IMG/VR virus record: IMGVR_UViG_3300012878_000049
Coordinates: 1 to 52,569 of that record
Direction: 5' to 3' (one strand)
Length of the DNA stretch: 52,569 bases
DNA from: a virus
Lineage: Duplodnaviria; Caudoviricetes
Position 1 is the stretch's first letter; each line of letters begins with the position of its first letter. The notes beneath the pieces were generated by a model that had not been told where the DNA came from, searched no databases, and saw only the letters and a list, made by a program, of their open reading frames with translations. The position numbers and the translations under genes are program-made. Of the stretch, positions 43,801 through 52,569 are shown in pieces.

Positions 43801-44239
43801 CGGCATCGCGGAGGCGTCGAAGCAGCCGTGGCCGACCAACCTGGCCGCGATGGCGTCCGTGGCGGCTGCGACGGCAAGCCTCGTGTCCAACATCTCCGCG
43901 GTGGGCATGGCGCACGATGGCATCGACAAGGTGCCGCAGACCGGAACGTGGCTGCTGCAGAAGGGAGAGCGGGTCACCACGGCGCAGACGTCGGCCAAGC
44001 TGGATGCGACGCTCGAGCAGATCCGCTCACAGCGTGGAGGACAAGGCGGGCAGCCGCAGCAGTTCACCATCAACGTCAACGGCGACCCGGATCGCCGTAC
44101 GTTGGAGATGCTCAAGGAGGCCGTCCGACAGGGGTCGGACCAAGGCTACAGTCGGGCGGTGGCGGACGTGACCAGCGGCAAAGGGCAGATATCGAGGGCC
44201 ATGCAACAGAACTGGAATAACGGACGGAGGACGCGTTGA
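40889..44239 (+). CDS. Tail tape measure protein
   Basis: 1116 aa Ala-rich helical; SLRELVVSVTANTA N-term; GMAHDGID.VP.TGTWLL.KGERV C-term. Confidence 0.93.
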   Translation: MATSLRELVVSVTANTAAYQREMARASRMGGDFYKTVQQGAPGANRAWDSQTAAARTHATAVEAGTQAITRYMGVAAGAFGVGKLVGMADEWTNISARVRLATETTAEFEAVQDRLGKIADATYRRYGEAADQFASTARMMRELGFSTNDTLDSAEALGLALVAGGSDAQRGASAMSAWTKAVALGRIDTEKWTTLMEQTPRVAQALADGLGKTTVEMTELARAGKLTADVAVPALIGQMEKLRGEVALMPTEFRDAVTRSANALLRLVGGLNEASGATATLVKGTEYLVENLDVVSKIASGAAIGVLASKMILMAKATGQAALSATQSFVATRAEALAIRDATAAGLAKAQADLRRAQAAMTATRGSAESARQSRNLATALLTERQAAVAAATAQVNYARATNLAASAGRGALAILGGPAGLALTLGTVAAGWLLFRGGTDDASQSLVDFSGAADTAIGKFRELNAQQQAGQLLRLDDQITESTRAVEQAIERMVAAASAFGSNDMLAPYLDQIRTLQAEFGAGRISADELSDRVAALNQQVLQGSPAAQTVGRDFVRFGESLATSAREADRKRGLMATLTQTNTQTGDSAAAAAGKYDQLAGGIRGAGQAAVDVDAQLRSLDSRLNAQIVNLVRIRDGAEKAMLVEIGQQINAAGGVGALTPEQRAAFNQQIAAQRLVMQQTEAAQAAAKAANAADRAGAKSGDQWRDYNAQMERAAALQGALADAYGSSEAAVEAANRQHAIEEQVLRFGEGRRAEITAAIEREAEARTRAYGAETVANLEREVAMHGLVGQAARMRFEIEQGAYTDLDPLHQRRLQQLAEERDAQERAKKAQSEYESLRDRFLAPAYGGGGVYGVSDQFSGVNRAAAQEREEYEDLLKSFEEYREAKLAAGERWDGSEQELAERHRANMDRIDQARWQVAGMVAQGALEDITDTMRVAFGEQSGLYRAAFAVQKAAAIAQATMAIQAGIAEASKQPWPTNLAAMASVAAATASLVSNISAVGMAHDGIDKVPQTGTWLLQKGERVTTAQTSAKLDATLEQIRSQRGGQGGQPQQFTINVNGDPDRRTLEMLKEAVRQGSDQGYSRAVADVTSGKGQISRAMQQNWNNGRRTR

Positions 44240-44694
44240 TGCCGGACATCTTGTACCCGGCTGGCTTGCCGAGCGCGCTACGAGAAGGCTATGGATTCCA
44301 GCACGCGGATCCGCAGTTACGGACACCCATGGTGTCCGGTCGCGCGCGCGTTCGACGCGGTTACACGGATGTACCGTCCAGTGTCCCGGTTGGCTGGCGG
44401 CTTAACGACGCTGAGGCGGCGTTGTTTGAAATATGGTTCAAGGACGATTTGCTCGATGGCAGCGCGTGGTTCCTGATGAAGCTCAAGACGCCGATCGGAA
44501 TCGACTTGCATCGGTGTCGTTTCGATGGCGTGTACGACGGGCCATTCCTGGTAGGGCGCGCCTGGCGCGTGTCTGCAGTCCTTGAGTTGCGCCGGCGGCC
44601 GCTTCTGGCCGAGGGCTCGTCGAGCTATCCCGATGCAGTCTTGAACTCGACCATCGTCGACGCCGCAGCGAACAGGGAGTGGCCTGAGTCGTGA
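44236..44694 (+). CDS. Distal tail protein
   Basis: Follows TMP; RTPMVSGRARVRR, GSAWF.M.L.TP. Confidence 0.75.
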   Translation: MMPDILYPAGLPSALREGYGFQHADPQLRTPMVSGRARVRRGYTDVPSSVPVGWRLNDAEAALFEIWFKDDLLDGSAWFLMKLKTPIGIDLHRCRFDGVYDGPFLVGRAWRVSAVLELRRRPLLAEGSSSYPDAVLNSTIVDAAANREWPES

Positions 44695-45170
44695 CGATCC
44701 TCAACCGCTTCTATTCATCCTCCGGCCCTGAAGTCGAGCTCGACACGCTGGAGATCCGCACCGAGAGCGCAGTGTGGCGGCTGGTCAAGGGTTATGAGGG
44801 CATCGAGGCGCGCACGGAGGACGACGAGCTGGTGACCTTCGAGTGCGCGGGGATCGATGTCGCGATGCCTGCGCGGAACGCTGACGGCACACAGGATCTG
44901 GCCTTCGCGATCTCGAACATTGATGGTGTTGCGAGCACCGAGCTGCGTCGTGCGATCCGCGCTGGCGAGAAGATGCACGTGGTCTACCGCGCATACCTGT
45001 ACCCGGACCTGTCGGCGCCGGCCAAGCCGCCGGTCAAGATGGAGATCAAGGGCGGGTCATGGACTCGGCGAGTCGCGAATCTAACCGCCGGCTACATGAA
45101 CTTGCTCGACACGGCCTGGCCGCGGGAGCGCTACACCCTCACACGGGCGCCGGGGCTGCGCTACCTCTGA
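44691..45170 (+). CDS. Minor tail protein (DUF1833-like)
   Basis: TLEI..QDL.FAISNIDG..LDTAWPR.RY....PGL. Confidence 0.8.
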   Translation: MTILNRFYSSSGPEVELDTLEIRTESAVWRLVKGYEGIEARTEDDELVTFECAGIDVAMPARNADGTQDLAFAISNIDGVASTELRRAIRAGEKMHVVYRAYLYPDLSAPAKPPVKMEIKGGSWTRRVANLTAGYMNLLDTAWPRERYTLTRAPGLRYL

Positions 45171-45547
45171 TGGATCTCGATCGCTTCCAGAACGTCCGCT
45201 GGGTCGCCGGCGGACGCGAATATCCGTGGCTGGACTGCTACGGCGTGATCAACGAGGTGCGTGCGGTGCTGGGTCTGTCGCTATGGCCCGAGTACGCAGG
45301 CATCACCAAGGAAGATGGCGGGCTTGCCGGCGCCGCGGCTGAGCACGCGCGATCGGCGGCGACCTGCGCGCCTGAGCCGGGCGCTGTGGCGTTCTGCTAC
45401 GAGGGCAGCGCGGTCGCCCATGTCGCGGTCGTGATCGAGCAGGACGGCCGATTGTGCGCCCTGGAGTGCAATCCAGGCCGGCACGTCACTGTCCTGCCGC
45501 TGTCCCGCTTCTGTCGGCGCTTCGTGCGCGTGGAGTTCTACTCTTGA
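45170..45547 (+). CDS. NlpC/P60-like tail assembly protein
   Basis: W..GGR....LDCYG and HVAVV. Confidence 0.8.
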   Translation: MDLDRFQNVRWVAGGREYPWLDCYGVINEVRAVLGLSLWPEYAGITKEDGGLAGAAAEHARSAATCAPEPGAVAFCYEGSAVAHVAVVIEQDGRLCALECNPGRHVTVLPLSRFCRRFVRVEFYS

Positions 45548-48500
45548 TCCGGATTTATCCATCCCGACTCGACGGCGAGCCGTTGGAGGTGCACGCGCAC
45601 GGCCGCACGACGATCCACCGGTGGATGCGGTCAATGGTCCGCGGCTACGAAGGGCAGGGCGAGCACCCGATCCAGATCGATGTGGACGGCGAGACTGTGC
45701 CGCCGGATCGCTGGACCGTTACCGAGATCGATGGTGACTCGGACGTGCGCATCTACCCGGTTCCGCACGGCGAGGGGGTGGCAGGGATCATCTATTGGGC
45801 GGTCACTGCGATAGTCGCGGCCTACGCGATCTACATGCTCAACAACCTGCCGTCGGCGCAGAACACGACAGGCAACACCATCGACCTCAACCCCGCGCGC
45901 GCGAACACCGCCCGCCTAGGGGCGCCGATTCGGGAGGTGCTCGGGCGTCGGCGCGTCTATCCCGACTACTTGCTCCAGCCGGTCAATCGCTTCGTCAATG
46001 CGACGACCTACCAGACGCAGATGTTCGTGTGCGTGGGCGTAGGTCAGCACGTAATCCCGCCGGGCGAAATGCGCATCGGCGCGACGCCACTGGCTGCCTT
46101 CGGCGATGCTGCCAGCTACACGATCTACCCGCCTGGCGCCGATGTGTCCGGAGACCCGCGATCCGAGAACTGGTGGAGTTCGACCGAGGTCGGCGGCACC
46201 AACTCGGGGACGCCTGGACTGGACACCAAAGAGACGGCCAACTCGGCGATCGGCATCGTCGCCGGGTCGGTAACGGTGCAGGGCGACGCGATCACGTTCG
46301 ACGATATCCAGAACGACGGTTCAGCGTCGAACCTGCAAGACCTGTGGTCACCTGGGATGGTGGTGACCGCGCGCGTCGCGGCGAGCTTCCAAGCGCGCAA
46401 CGATGGGTTGTACAGCGTCATCTCCGGCGCCGCGGTGGACGAGCTGGCGCCAACCGTTGGGATGCCGGTGACGCTCGAGTACAACGACAGCGAATACAGC
46501 CTGTTCGTCGCCAGCTACACAGCGGGCACGCCGCCAATTCCGGGTGTCGGGGGCTCTTCGGCGAGCATCACGGGCTCGGCCGCGCTTGCCGGTTACGACT
46601 TCAGTGGACCGGCGGCGGTGACGTTCACCGTCGTTTGGCAGAGCAACAGCTACGTCGTCTCGCTCAATCAGGATTACGGCAACATCGCCACGCTGGCGGA
46701 CGCCATCACGACCCAGATGGCTGGAAGCGGACTGGTGGCGACGTACAGCGGCGCTGTGTTGAAGATCGGCGAGTCTGCCAGCCCTTGGATCGGGGGCGCG
46801 ATTGGGTACTCGATCCTGCCGGTACAGCTATTCGGAGCTTCACCTGTTGAGGCGACTGGAGTTGCGTCTACCGGAGGAACGCCGGCACAGCTGCCGAACA
46901 TCACGCTCGCCTACGAGAGCGCCACCGGCACAGCCTTCAGCGGCCTGCCGGAGTTCCCCGTCGTGCTGTCGCTGTCCTACGGCACGGGCGAATACCGAGT
47001 CGGCACCGTCAGCGGAAACACCGCGACGCTCACACGTCTCAATCCGGATGGATCGACGGATTCGTCGTGGCCGGGCTGGACGCCGCGATCGACACTCGAT
47101 TTCACCGCCTCAGGATTCGAAGAGAACGATCGATGGCTCGGGCCGTTCCTCGCGTGCCCGGACGGCGAGACGACGACCGCGTTCGAAGTCGACTTCAGCC
47201 TCCCCAATGGACTGGCGTCCTACAGTAGCAAGGGCAGGATCCGCGGCGCTGGGGTGACCGTTGCGGTGCAGTACCGGGCCTACAACGCAGGTGCGGCGTG
47301 GATCACGCAGTACTACACCTACAGCGACACGACGATAGACGCGAAGGGATTCACGCATCGGATCGTTCTGGGAACCGATTCCCAGGTCGAGGTACGGGCA
47401 CGCCGCATTTCGCCGATCGATGGCGGGAACACACGCGAGTCGGTCTACTGGCAGGGCCTCCGATCGCGCCTGTCCACGAGACCGGCGTCATACCCTGGGG
47501 TGACGACTATCGGTCTGACGATCAATACCGGCACGAAACTGGCCGCGCAGTCGGATCGACGTTTCAGCGTCGTCGCGACTCGCCAGTACGAAGAGGGCAC
47601 GGCACGCACGATCAGCGGCGCGCTGTACCACGTGCTGCACTCCGTTGGGTTCGGCGACGCGCAGATCGACCGCGACACCATCGACTGGCTCGAATCGACG
47701 TACTGGACGCCGCGCGGTGAGTTCCTGGACCTGATCGCAGATGGCGACAACACGAGCGCGCTCGATGCCCTGCAGACGATCTCCGCCGCCGGCATGGGCT
47801 ACTTCCTGCTGCAGGACGGACTGTGCTCGGCTGGCCGAGAGGGCGTCAAGGCGCGCTCTGGCGGGATCACGCCGCAGGAGATGGCCGAGGAAATGGAGAC
47901 GGCGTTCAAGGCGCCTGGCCCCGACGATTTCGACGGCATCGATGTCAACTACGTGGACTCCGTGACCTGGGCCGAGGAAACTGTCGAGTGCCGCACAGGA
48001 TCCGACACGCCCCGCAAGGTCGAGAAGGTCACGCTCGATGGCGTGACGAATCGCAACGTCGCATATCGCATCGGCATGCGCCGGCTGATGAAGCACCAGC
48101 ACCAGCGCATCACGCATACCGTGCGCACCGAGATGGACGCATGGGTCTACAACTTCGGCGACCGCTTGCTGCTGACCGACGACATCCCCGGCAGCGACAC
48201 GCTGAGCGCGATGATCGATGACGCATCGCTGGCCAGCGGCGTTCTGACGATCCGCGTCGGCGAATACCTCGATTGGGAGATCGACAGCCCGCGGTGCCTG
48301 ATCCGATTCCAAGACGGAAGCCTGTCTTCGCTGCTGGAGCCGACGCGCATCGACGGCCACACGCTGACCGTGCCCGCCGCCGGCCTCGACTTCGACACGT
48401 GGGCGATGGACGACCCGCACATCGAGCCGCCGCGCCTGATTTTCTGCTCGTCCACGCAGCAGGGATACGACGCGACCGTGACCGAAATCAGCGCCGACGG

Positions 48501-48576
48501 CGCGGGCCGCGCAACGCTGACCGCCATCGAATACAAACCCGCCATCTACGCGCACGACGACGCGATCGCGCCGTAA
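45544..48576 (+). CDS. Tail tip / host specificity protein (TipJ-like)
   Basis: About 1010 aa; LG.PIREVLGRRRVYPDY, WLGPFLACP; TTG start coupled to the previous stop. Confidence 0.85.
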   Translation: MIRIYPSRLDGEPLEVHAHGRTTIHRWMRSMVRGYEGQGEHPIQIDVDGETVPPDRWTVTEIDGDSDVRIYPVPHGEGVAGIIYWAVTAIVAAYAIYMLNNLPSAQNTTGNTIDLNPARANTARLGAPIREVLGRRRVYPDYLLQPVNRFVNATTYQTQMFVCVGVGQHVIPPGEMRIGATPLAAFGDAASYTIYPPGADVSGDPRSENWWSSTEVGGTNSGTPGLDTKETANSAIGIVAGSVTVQGDAITFDDIQNDGSASNLQDLWSPGMVVTARVAASFQARNDGLYSVISGAAVDELAPTVGMPVTLEYNDSEYSLFVASYTAGTPPIPGVGGSSASITGSAALAGYDFSGPAAVTFTVVWQSNSYVVSLNQDYGNIATLADAITTQMAGSGLVATYSGAVLKIGESASPWIGGAIGYSILPVQLFGASPVEATGVASTGGTPAQLPNITLAYESATGTAFSGLPEFPVVLSLSYGTGEYRVGTVSGNTATLTRLNPDGSTDSSWPGWTPRSTLDFTASGFEENDRWLGPFLACPDGETTTAFEVDFSLPNGLASYSSKGRIRGAGVTVAVQYRAYNAGAAWITQYYTYSDTTIDAKGFTHRIVLGTDSQVEVRARRISPIDGGNTRESVYWQGLRSRLSTRPASYPGVTTIGLTINTGTKLAAQSDRRFSVVATRQYEEGTARTISGALYHVLHSVGFGDAQIDRDTIDWLESTYWTPRGEFLDLIADGDNTSALDALQTISAAGMGYFLLQDGLCSAGREGVKARSGGITPQEMAEEMETAFKAPGPDDFDGIDVNYVDSVTWAEETVECRTGSDTPRKVEKVTLDGVTNRNVAYRIGMRRLMKHQHQRITHTVRTEMDAWVYNFGDRLLLTDDIPGSDTLSAMIDDASLASGVLTIRVGEYLDWEIDSPRCLIRFQDGSLSSLLEPTRIDGHTLTVPAAGLDFDTWAMDDPHIEPPRLIFCSSTQQGYDATVTEISADGAGRATLTAIEYKPAIYAHDDAIAP

Positions 48577-48589
48577 CAAGGAGCCCTGC

Positions 48590-51016
48590 ATGACCACTTA
48601 CAACACCGGGAATCCGGTGCCGTCGACGGCTGTCAAGGATTTGTACGACAACGCCGAGAACCTGGACGCAGGCATCAACGGCTCGGCACCAACATGGAGC
48701 GACCGCCTTGGACGAACGCGCCGGAGTTGGGATGGCCTCACTGCGGAGATCGACGAGTTTATCGCCGACAACGGATTGAAACGCTACGACAGTTGGACAC
48801 AGCTGCAGGCCGACACTTCGCGCGACCTCGGATTCGCAGCAGACGTGATCGGCGACGAGGGCACGCACACAGACCCGGTCAGCGGAGATACCGTACCGAA
48901 TTCTGGCCAGTACCGCTGGACCGGCAGTGCGTGGGAGTTTCTGCGTGCGGATATGCTGGCATCCAAAGCGGACATCGCCAGCGTGCCTCCAGTCGGCGCA
49001 GGGGCAGCGGACACTGCTGGATACGCCGACACATTCGTGCTGGCGGAATCACGGCTCACGCAGACCGCGAACTCATCGGCGGGTGGCAGTTACGTCGTGG
49101 CTTCCGCTCCGGAGGGAGGTATGCGGGTCTCCAACAGCAGCTCGACGGGCTACAGGCAAGTCGCGTCGCTGTACACCCGCCGCGCCGGCCTGATAGCGAG
49201 GTACGCAGCGACGTGGGTGATCGAGAATCTATCCGGATCGAACGGGCGCGCTGGTATCGCGATCGGGCCGGCGGGAGTGGATCGCACCGACGCGAGGATT
49301 TACATCTACCGCGGAGACGGTGTCGTTTACTCAATCAACGGCGCCGGCGGCGACTCGATCATCTACCTATCCGCCTCGGGATCGCGCGTGTACGGACAGG
49401 GGGACTCGGTTTCGATGGAGATCAGCGTCGACGCTGACGGCGCGGGGACGATCTCCGTCAGGACTCCGGGCGGCGAGCGATTTGAGGCGCCAGTGTCCGG
49501 CATCCCGGTGGGCCGGGTCTGGGCCCAAACGAGCACATACGGCACGACGCGATTCTTCGCGGTGACGTCGGAGACGATCGAGGCGGTTGCTCAACAGGTA
49601 GTTGCGACCCACCGGCAGATCGAGGATTTGCAGAGCGAGATGCTGGCTCTGTCCAATCTCCTCGCGACCGTCGTGAGTCCCGGTTCTCGTGTACCGGTGC
49701 CCGCAGAATGGGCCTCGCCGGTTGCTCCGCTCGTTGATGTGTATCGACTGCCGGGCGGGGTCTACGCCGGTGCCTTCAACCCGGACCTGTACCGCCCGTT
49801 CCAGGCCGCGGATCAAACGGTCTACGTCGATCCGGTCGCAGGCAACGACAGCAACTCCGGCACCGAGGCCAGCCCCAAGCGGTCGCTGTCGGCCGCCGTC
49901 TCGGTGTCTGCCGGCAATTTGCACGTGCTCGCGAAAGGCGGCCTGTACGCGGGTGCGCAAGGCTTCGACGGTGCTGCGATCACTGCGTCGCGATTGGTCA
50001 TTGAAAGCGCTGACGGCAATCCGGTGGTGTCCACGCGTCGGCTGTCGCTTGGTGGCTGGACGTCCGAAGGTGGCGGCGTCCACAGCATCGCCGTGTCTGG
50101 CGCCTTCGGAACTGTGGTGGACGCGACGAATCCGTCGGCCGATGGTGACGCCGACTGGCTGTTGCCGCGCGGTTCCCTATCTGAGGTGCAGGATGCCGCC
50201 GGGACCTACTACCACAACGGCACCCGGCTCTACATCCGCACCCACGACTCGCGCCAGCCCGATGCTTCCGTGGTCGTCTACGACAATCAGCCAAACTTCG
50301 TTTACGGCGTGAACGGCAGCGTGCTCTGGATGTCCGATGTGCGCTGCCTGGGCGGCGATGTGCCGCTGCGCCCTCGCTTCACCGCTCAGTCGCAATCCGG
50401 TCGCGCATACTTGGTCCGATGTGAAGGCAGCTACGGGTGCGGCGCGGCGTCGGGCGTCGGCAACGGCATGCAGTTCTATGGCAAGTGGGAGGGCGTGCTT
50501 GTCGATTGCCGCGCAGTCATGAACCGACGCGACGGTTTCAACTATCACGGAGCAGGCTTCGTCGTTCCCAACATCGTGGAGATCGGGTGCATCGGCAACG
50601 ACAACGGTCACGAGGGCGCGAACGGCGTGTCCGGATCTCACAACGGGTCGACGATGCATGAAGCGGGCACGATTGTCCGAGTGAACGGCACGTATCTGCG
50701 AAACCTTCGGAACATCCACGACGTCTCGGACGTGACCGTCGGCACGAATAACGGCTATTGGACGCACTCGTGGAATCTGGGCTGCAGGACCGGGGAATCG
50801 CGCGGATCGGCGGGCGCGCCGGACAGCGCGAACGGCTGGCGCATGGGCCACCCGACCGCGCCCGGTGATCTGGGCAGGATGTGGCTGTACGACTGCAGCA
50901 ACGATGCGCCGGGCTTCGATCGGTCGACTGCCGGTAGTGGTGCGACGATCTATAGCCGCGGGTTCTCTGGCGACGGCGGCGATCAGCCCGGCAGCAACAT
51001 CGTCGAGGTGGCCTAA
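48590..51016 (+). CDS. Tail fiber / tailspike with probable beta-helix depolymerase domain
   Basis: MTTYNTGNPVPS..DLYDNAENLD anchor; VYVDPVAGNDSNSGT..P motif; RRDGFNYH. Confidence 0.82.
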   Translation: MTTYNTGNPVPSTAVKDLYDNAENLDAGINGSAPTWSDRLGRTRRSWDGLTAEIDEFIADNGLKRYDSWTQLQADTSRDLGFAADVIGDEGTHTDPVSGDTVPNSGQYRWTGSAWEFLRADMLASKADIASVPPVGAGAADTAGYADTFVLAESRLTQTANSSAGGSYVVASAPEGGMRVSNSSSTGYRQVASLYTRRAGLIARYAATWVIENLSGSNGRAGIAIGPAGVDRTDARIYIYRGDGVVYSINGAGGDSIIYLSASGSRVYGQGDSVSMEISVDADGAGTISVRTPGGERFEAPVSGIPVGRVWAQTSTYGTTRFFAVTSETIEAVAQQVVATHRQIEDLQSEMLALSNLLATVVSPGSRVPVPAEWASPVAPLVDVYRLPGGVYAGAFNPDLYRPFQAADQTVYVDPVAGNDSNSGTEASPKRSLSAAVSVSAGNLHVLAKGGLYAGAQGFDGAAITASRLVIESADGNPVVSTRRLSLGGWTSEGGGVHSIAVSGAFGTVVDATNPSADGDADWLLPRGSLSEVQDAAGTYYHNGTRLYIRTHDSRQPDASVVVYDNQPNFVYGVNGSVLWMSDVRCLGGDVPLRPRFTAQSQSGRAYLVRCEGSYGCGAASGVGNGMQFYGKWEGVLVDCRAVMNRRDGFNYHGAGFVVPNIVEIGCIGNDNGHEGANGVSGSHNGSTMHEAGTIVRVNGTYLRNLRNIHDVSDVTVGTNNGYWTHSWNLGCRTGESRGSAGAPDSANGWRMGHPTAPGDLGRMWLYDCSNDAPGFDRSTAGSGATIYSRGFSGDGGDQPGSNIVEVA

Positions 51017-51185
51017 TGCCACGCACCCTCTCCTCGTGCGCTCGCTGACGGGCTCGCGCCCCATCACCCAGACCTGCATCGCCGCAGTGCTGGGCGAGCC
51101 GCAGGAAGTAGTGCAGTGGGGCGATGACCTGCTGTCAGACGTGAGCATCCGCGAAGCGATCGCGCTGGCGCCGCTGGCGGGGTAA
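51016..51185 (+). pseudogene. Possible small ORF disrupted by a 1-nt frameshift
   Basis: Coupled ATG (TAATG) closes after 10 codons; one extra C would give MPTHPLLVRSLTG...PLAG. Confidence 0.3.
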
Positions 51186-51233
51186 GAGGTGGCAGACGTA
51201 TGAGCATCTGGCTTCAGATTTTGATTCTCGTGG

Positions 51234-51746
51234 CTATTGCTGTCCTTTTCTTTCGTGCTGGCTGGGCGGAATGTCGCGCGCGGCTTCGCTCAAAATCAGA
51301 TGAATCTCGGTCTGAAACTGTATTGATTGTTCTGGTGCCTTTTCCTTGCAGGACTGCAAAAAACTCGCAGCCGCCAGAGCAAGAGTGAGATAGGCGACAA
51401 GCGAATCCGGGGTCTTCGGAGCGTAGCGCGCTATCCCTTTCAAGAAGGGGTACTTCTCAGCGACCACCTTATTGACGTCGGCGCTGGACGCCCCGCCTCG
51501 TAGCCGCCCAACGATGTCGTTAAGAGCAGCCGTCACCAGGTCGAGATCGCTCGAGTTCCATAGGCTTGCTGATGTGGCGGTGTACTTGCCGTCAGGAACT
51601 CGGCCCATGCCGCCGCATTTCGGACAAGGTCCTGCTCCACAACCTTGCAAAAAAACTGTAGCCCCCGGACCAATACCGAATGCTGAGTTATCTAGCCATA
51701 TCGTTCCGCAGCTTGAAAGGTTGCAGATGACGGGAATTAGCGACAT
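51234..51746 (-). CDS. Accessory protein with N-terminal zinc ribbon
   Basis: GAGGA SD; CNLSSCG..PCPKCGGMG; AT-richer. Confidence 0.7.
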   Translation of the reverse strand: MSLIPVICNLSSCGTIWLDNSAFGIGPGATVFLQGCGAGPCPKCGGMGRVPDGKYTATSASLWNSSDLDLVTAALNDIVGRLRGGASSADVNKVVAEKYPFLKGIARYAPKTPDSLVAYLTLALAAASFLQSCKEKAPEQSIQFQTEIHLILSEAARDIPPSQHERKGQQ

Positions 51747-52035
51747 TCCGCACTTCCTCCATGAATTAGACGCGCAAGGCGGCGCAGCCTTAGGGCGCTG
51801 GTGGCACGGAGCATACGCGGAGAAGACGTGGGGCGTGGTGTCAGTTCAGTAGGGGGTAGGCGAACCCTTACGTTCCGATGCGGACGTCGCTGGCAGAGGG
51901 GGCTCCTGTCCGCGGGCAATCTACTCGCACAGCCCGCACGCGCGTCCCTCGCGCATCCCCTCGCGACAGTCGCCGGCCTCGGCCAGCGTGCGGGCTGTCT
52001 CGATCCATGCGACCCCTTGCGTGCAGGCTATGCGC

Positions 52036-52227
52036 ATGGTCAACCAGCACAAGGCCCGGTGGGCCGCTCGCCGGGCGGAAGCCTTGGAGCGGCAGGCGAT
52101 GGACCTGGGCGCGCAGCGCGGCGGCGACTGGCGCGAACATCAGCGAAGCCGGGACGGCGCCACCCGGCTGCGCAACGAGGCCGCACGATTCAGGCAGATT
52201 GCATCCCGGCACCGTCGCATTGCCTGA
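52036..52227 (+). CDS. Small basic hypothetical protein
   Basis: MVNQHKARWAARRAE...; start uncertain. Confidence 0.55.
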   Translation: MVNQHKARWAARRAEALERQAMDLGAQRGGDWREHQRSRDGATRLRNEAARFRQIASRHRRIA

Positions 52228-52251
52228 GACCGGCAGCCGTAGGATGTCGAC

Positions 52252-52569
52252 ATGGCCGAGATACCGCCCTCTGACCACCTGCCGCCCGGCTTCGGTTGGG
52301 CCTGGCGATACTCACGGACCCGGGCCACGTTGTTCTACGGGTCCAAGCCGATTGCTGATATCCAAGGATCGTCGGGCAACTGGGTCGTGCACACCTCGAT
52401 GCACCGAATGCAACACGAGTTGCGACACGCTCTGGTTACCACGCGCGAACTCGCGATCCGATACGCCGAGGCGTACGCCAGACGCTGGGAGGATCGGATT
52501 CGGCACGACCTGCGGCAGCTTGGGGAGCGCCCGGTACCGCCAGTCGGCGATGCTTTGGATAGGGACTGA
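52252..52569 (+). CDS. Hypothetical protein at the prophage right end
   Basis: LPPGFGW N-term; TAGGAT 6 nt before the ATG. Confidence 0.65.
   Translation: MAEIPPSDHLPPGFGWAWRYSRTRATLFYGSKPIADIQGSSGNWVVHTSMHRMQHELRHALVTTRELAIRYAEAYARRWEDRIRHDLRQLGERPVPPVGDALDRD

Larger units (their letters stand above)
1..52569. mobile_element. Temperate lambdoid siphovirus prophage, apparently complete gene set
   Basis: Integrase, immunity, replication, lysis, packaging, head and tail modules in canonical order; att ends not visible in the window. Confidence 0.95.

Noticed and set aside
1-52569. attL/attR, diversity-generating retroelement, IS elements, tail-fibre invertase
   Set aside because: Window is trimmed to the first and last ORFs; no reverse transcriptase, transposase or serine recombinase motifs seen

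Overview
The whole window is one apparently intact, high-GC temperate siphovirus prophage with lambdoid organisation. The host is probably a Xanthomonadales-type gammaproteobacterium (inferred from GC content and gene style only). The window starts at the integrase ATG, so att sites are not visible. Gene order: P4-like tyrosine integrase and AlpA excisionase; leftward early operon (helicase-DNA methyltransferase fusion, J-domain protein, YqaJ/RecT recombination pair, C4-like structured RNA, pentapeptide-repeat protein); immunity region (AntA-P63C antirepressor, CI without a peptidase domain, Cro, CII, five 16-bp operators); replication (initiator with iterons, DnaB); nin-like region; Q with late promoter and terminator; lysis cassette; HNH, TerS and TerL; protease-capsid fusion placed before the portal; tail genes with a -1 frameshift; tape measure; tip proteins; beta-helix tailspike. 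Three patterns stand out. (1) Eight opposite-strand accessory genes sit inside the two early operons. Each has its own -10-like element, and the operon strand over each stays an open frame that couples tightly to the flanking genes. (2) A cluster of three secreted cysteine-rich mini-proteins follows the lysis genes. (3) Twenty-five non-structural ORFs end in -AA, whereas no virion structural ORF does. All product calls come from motif recognition and synteny; no database searches were run.
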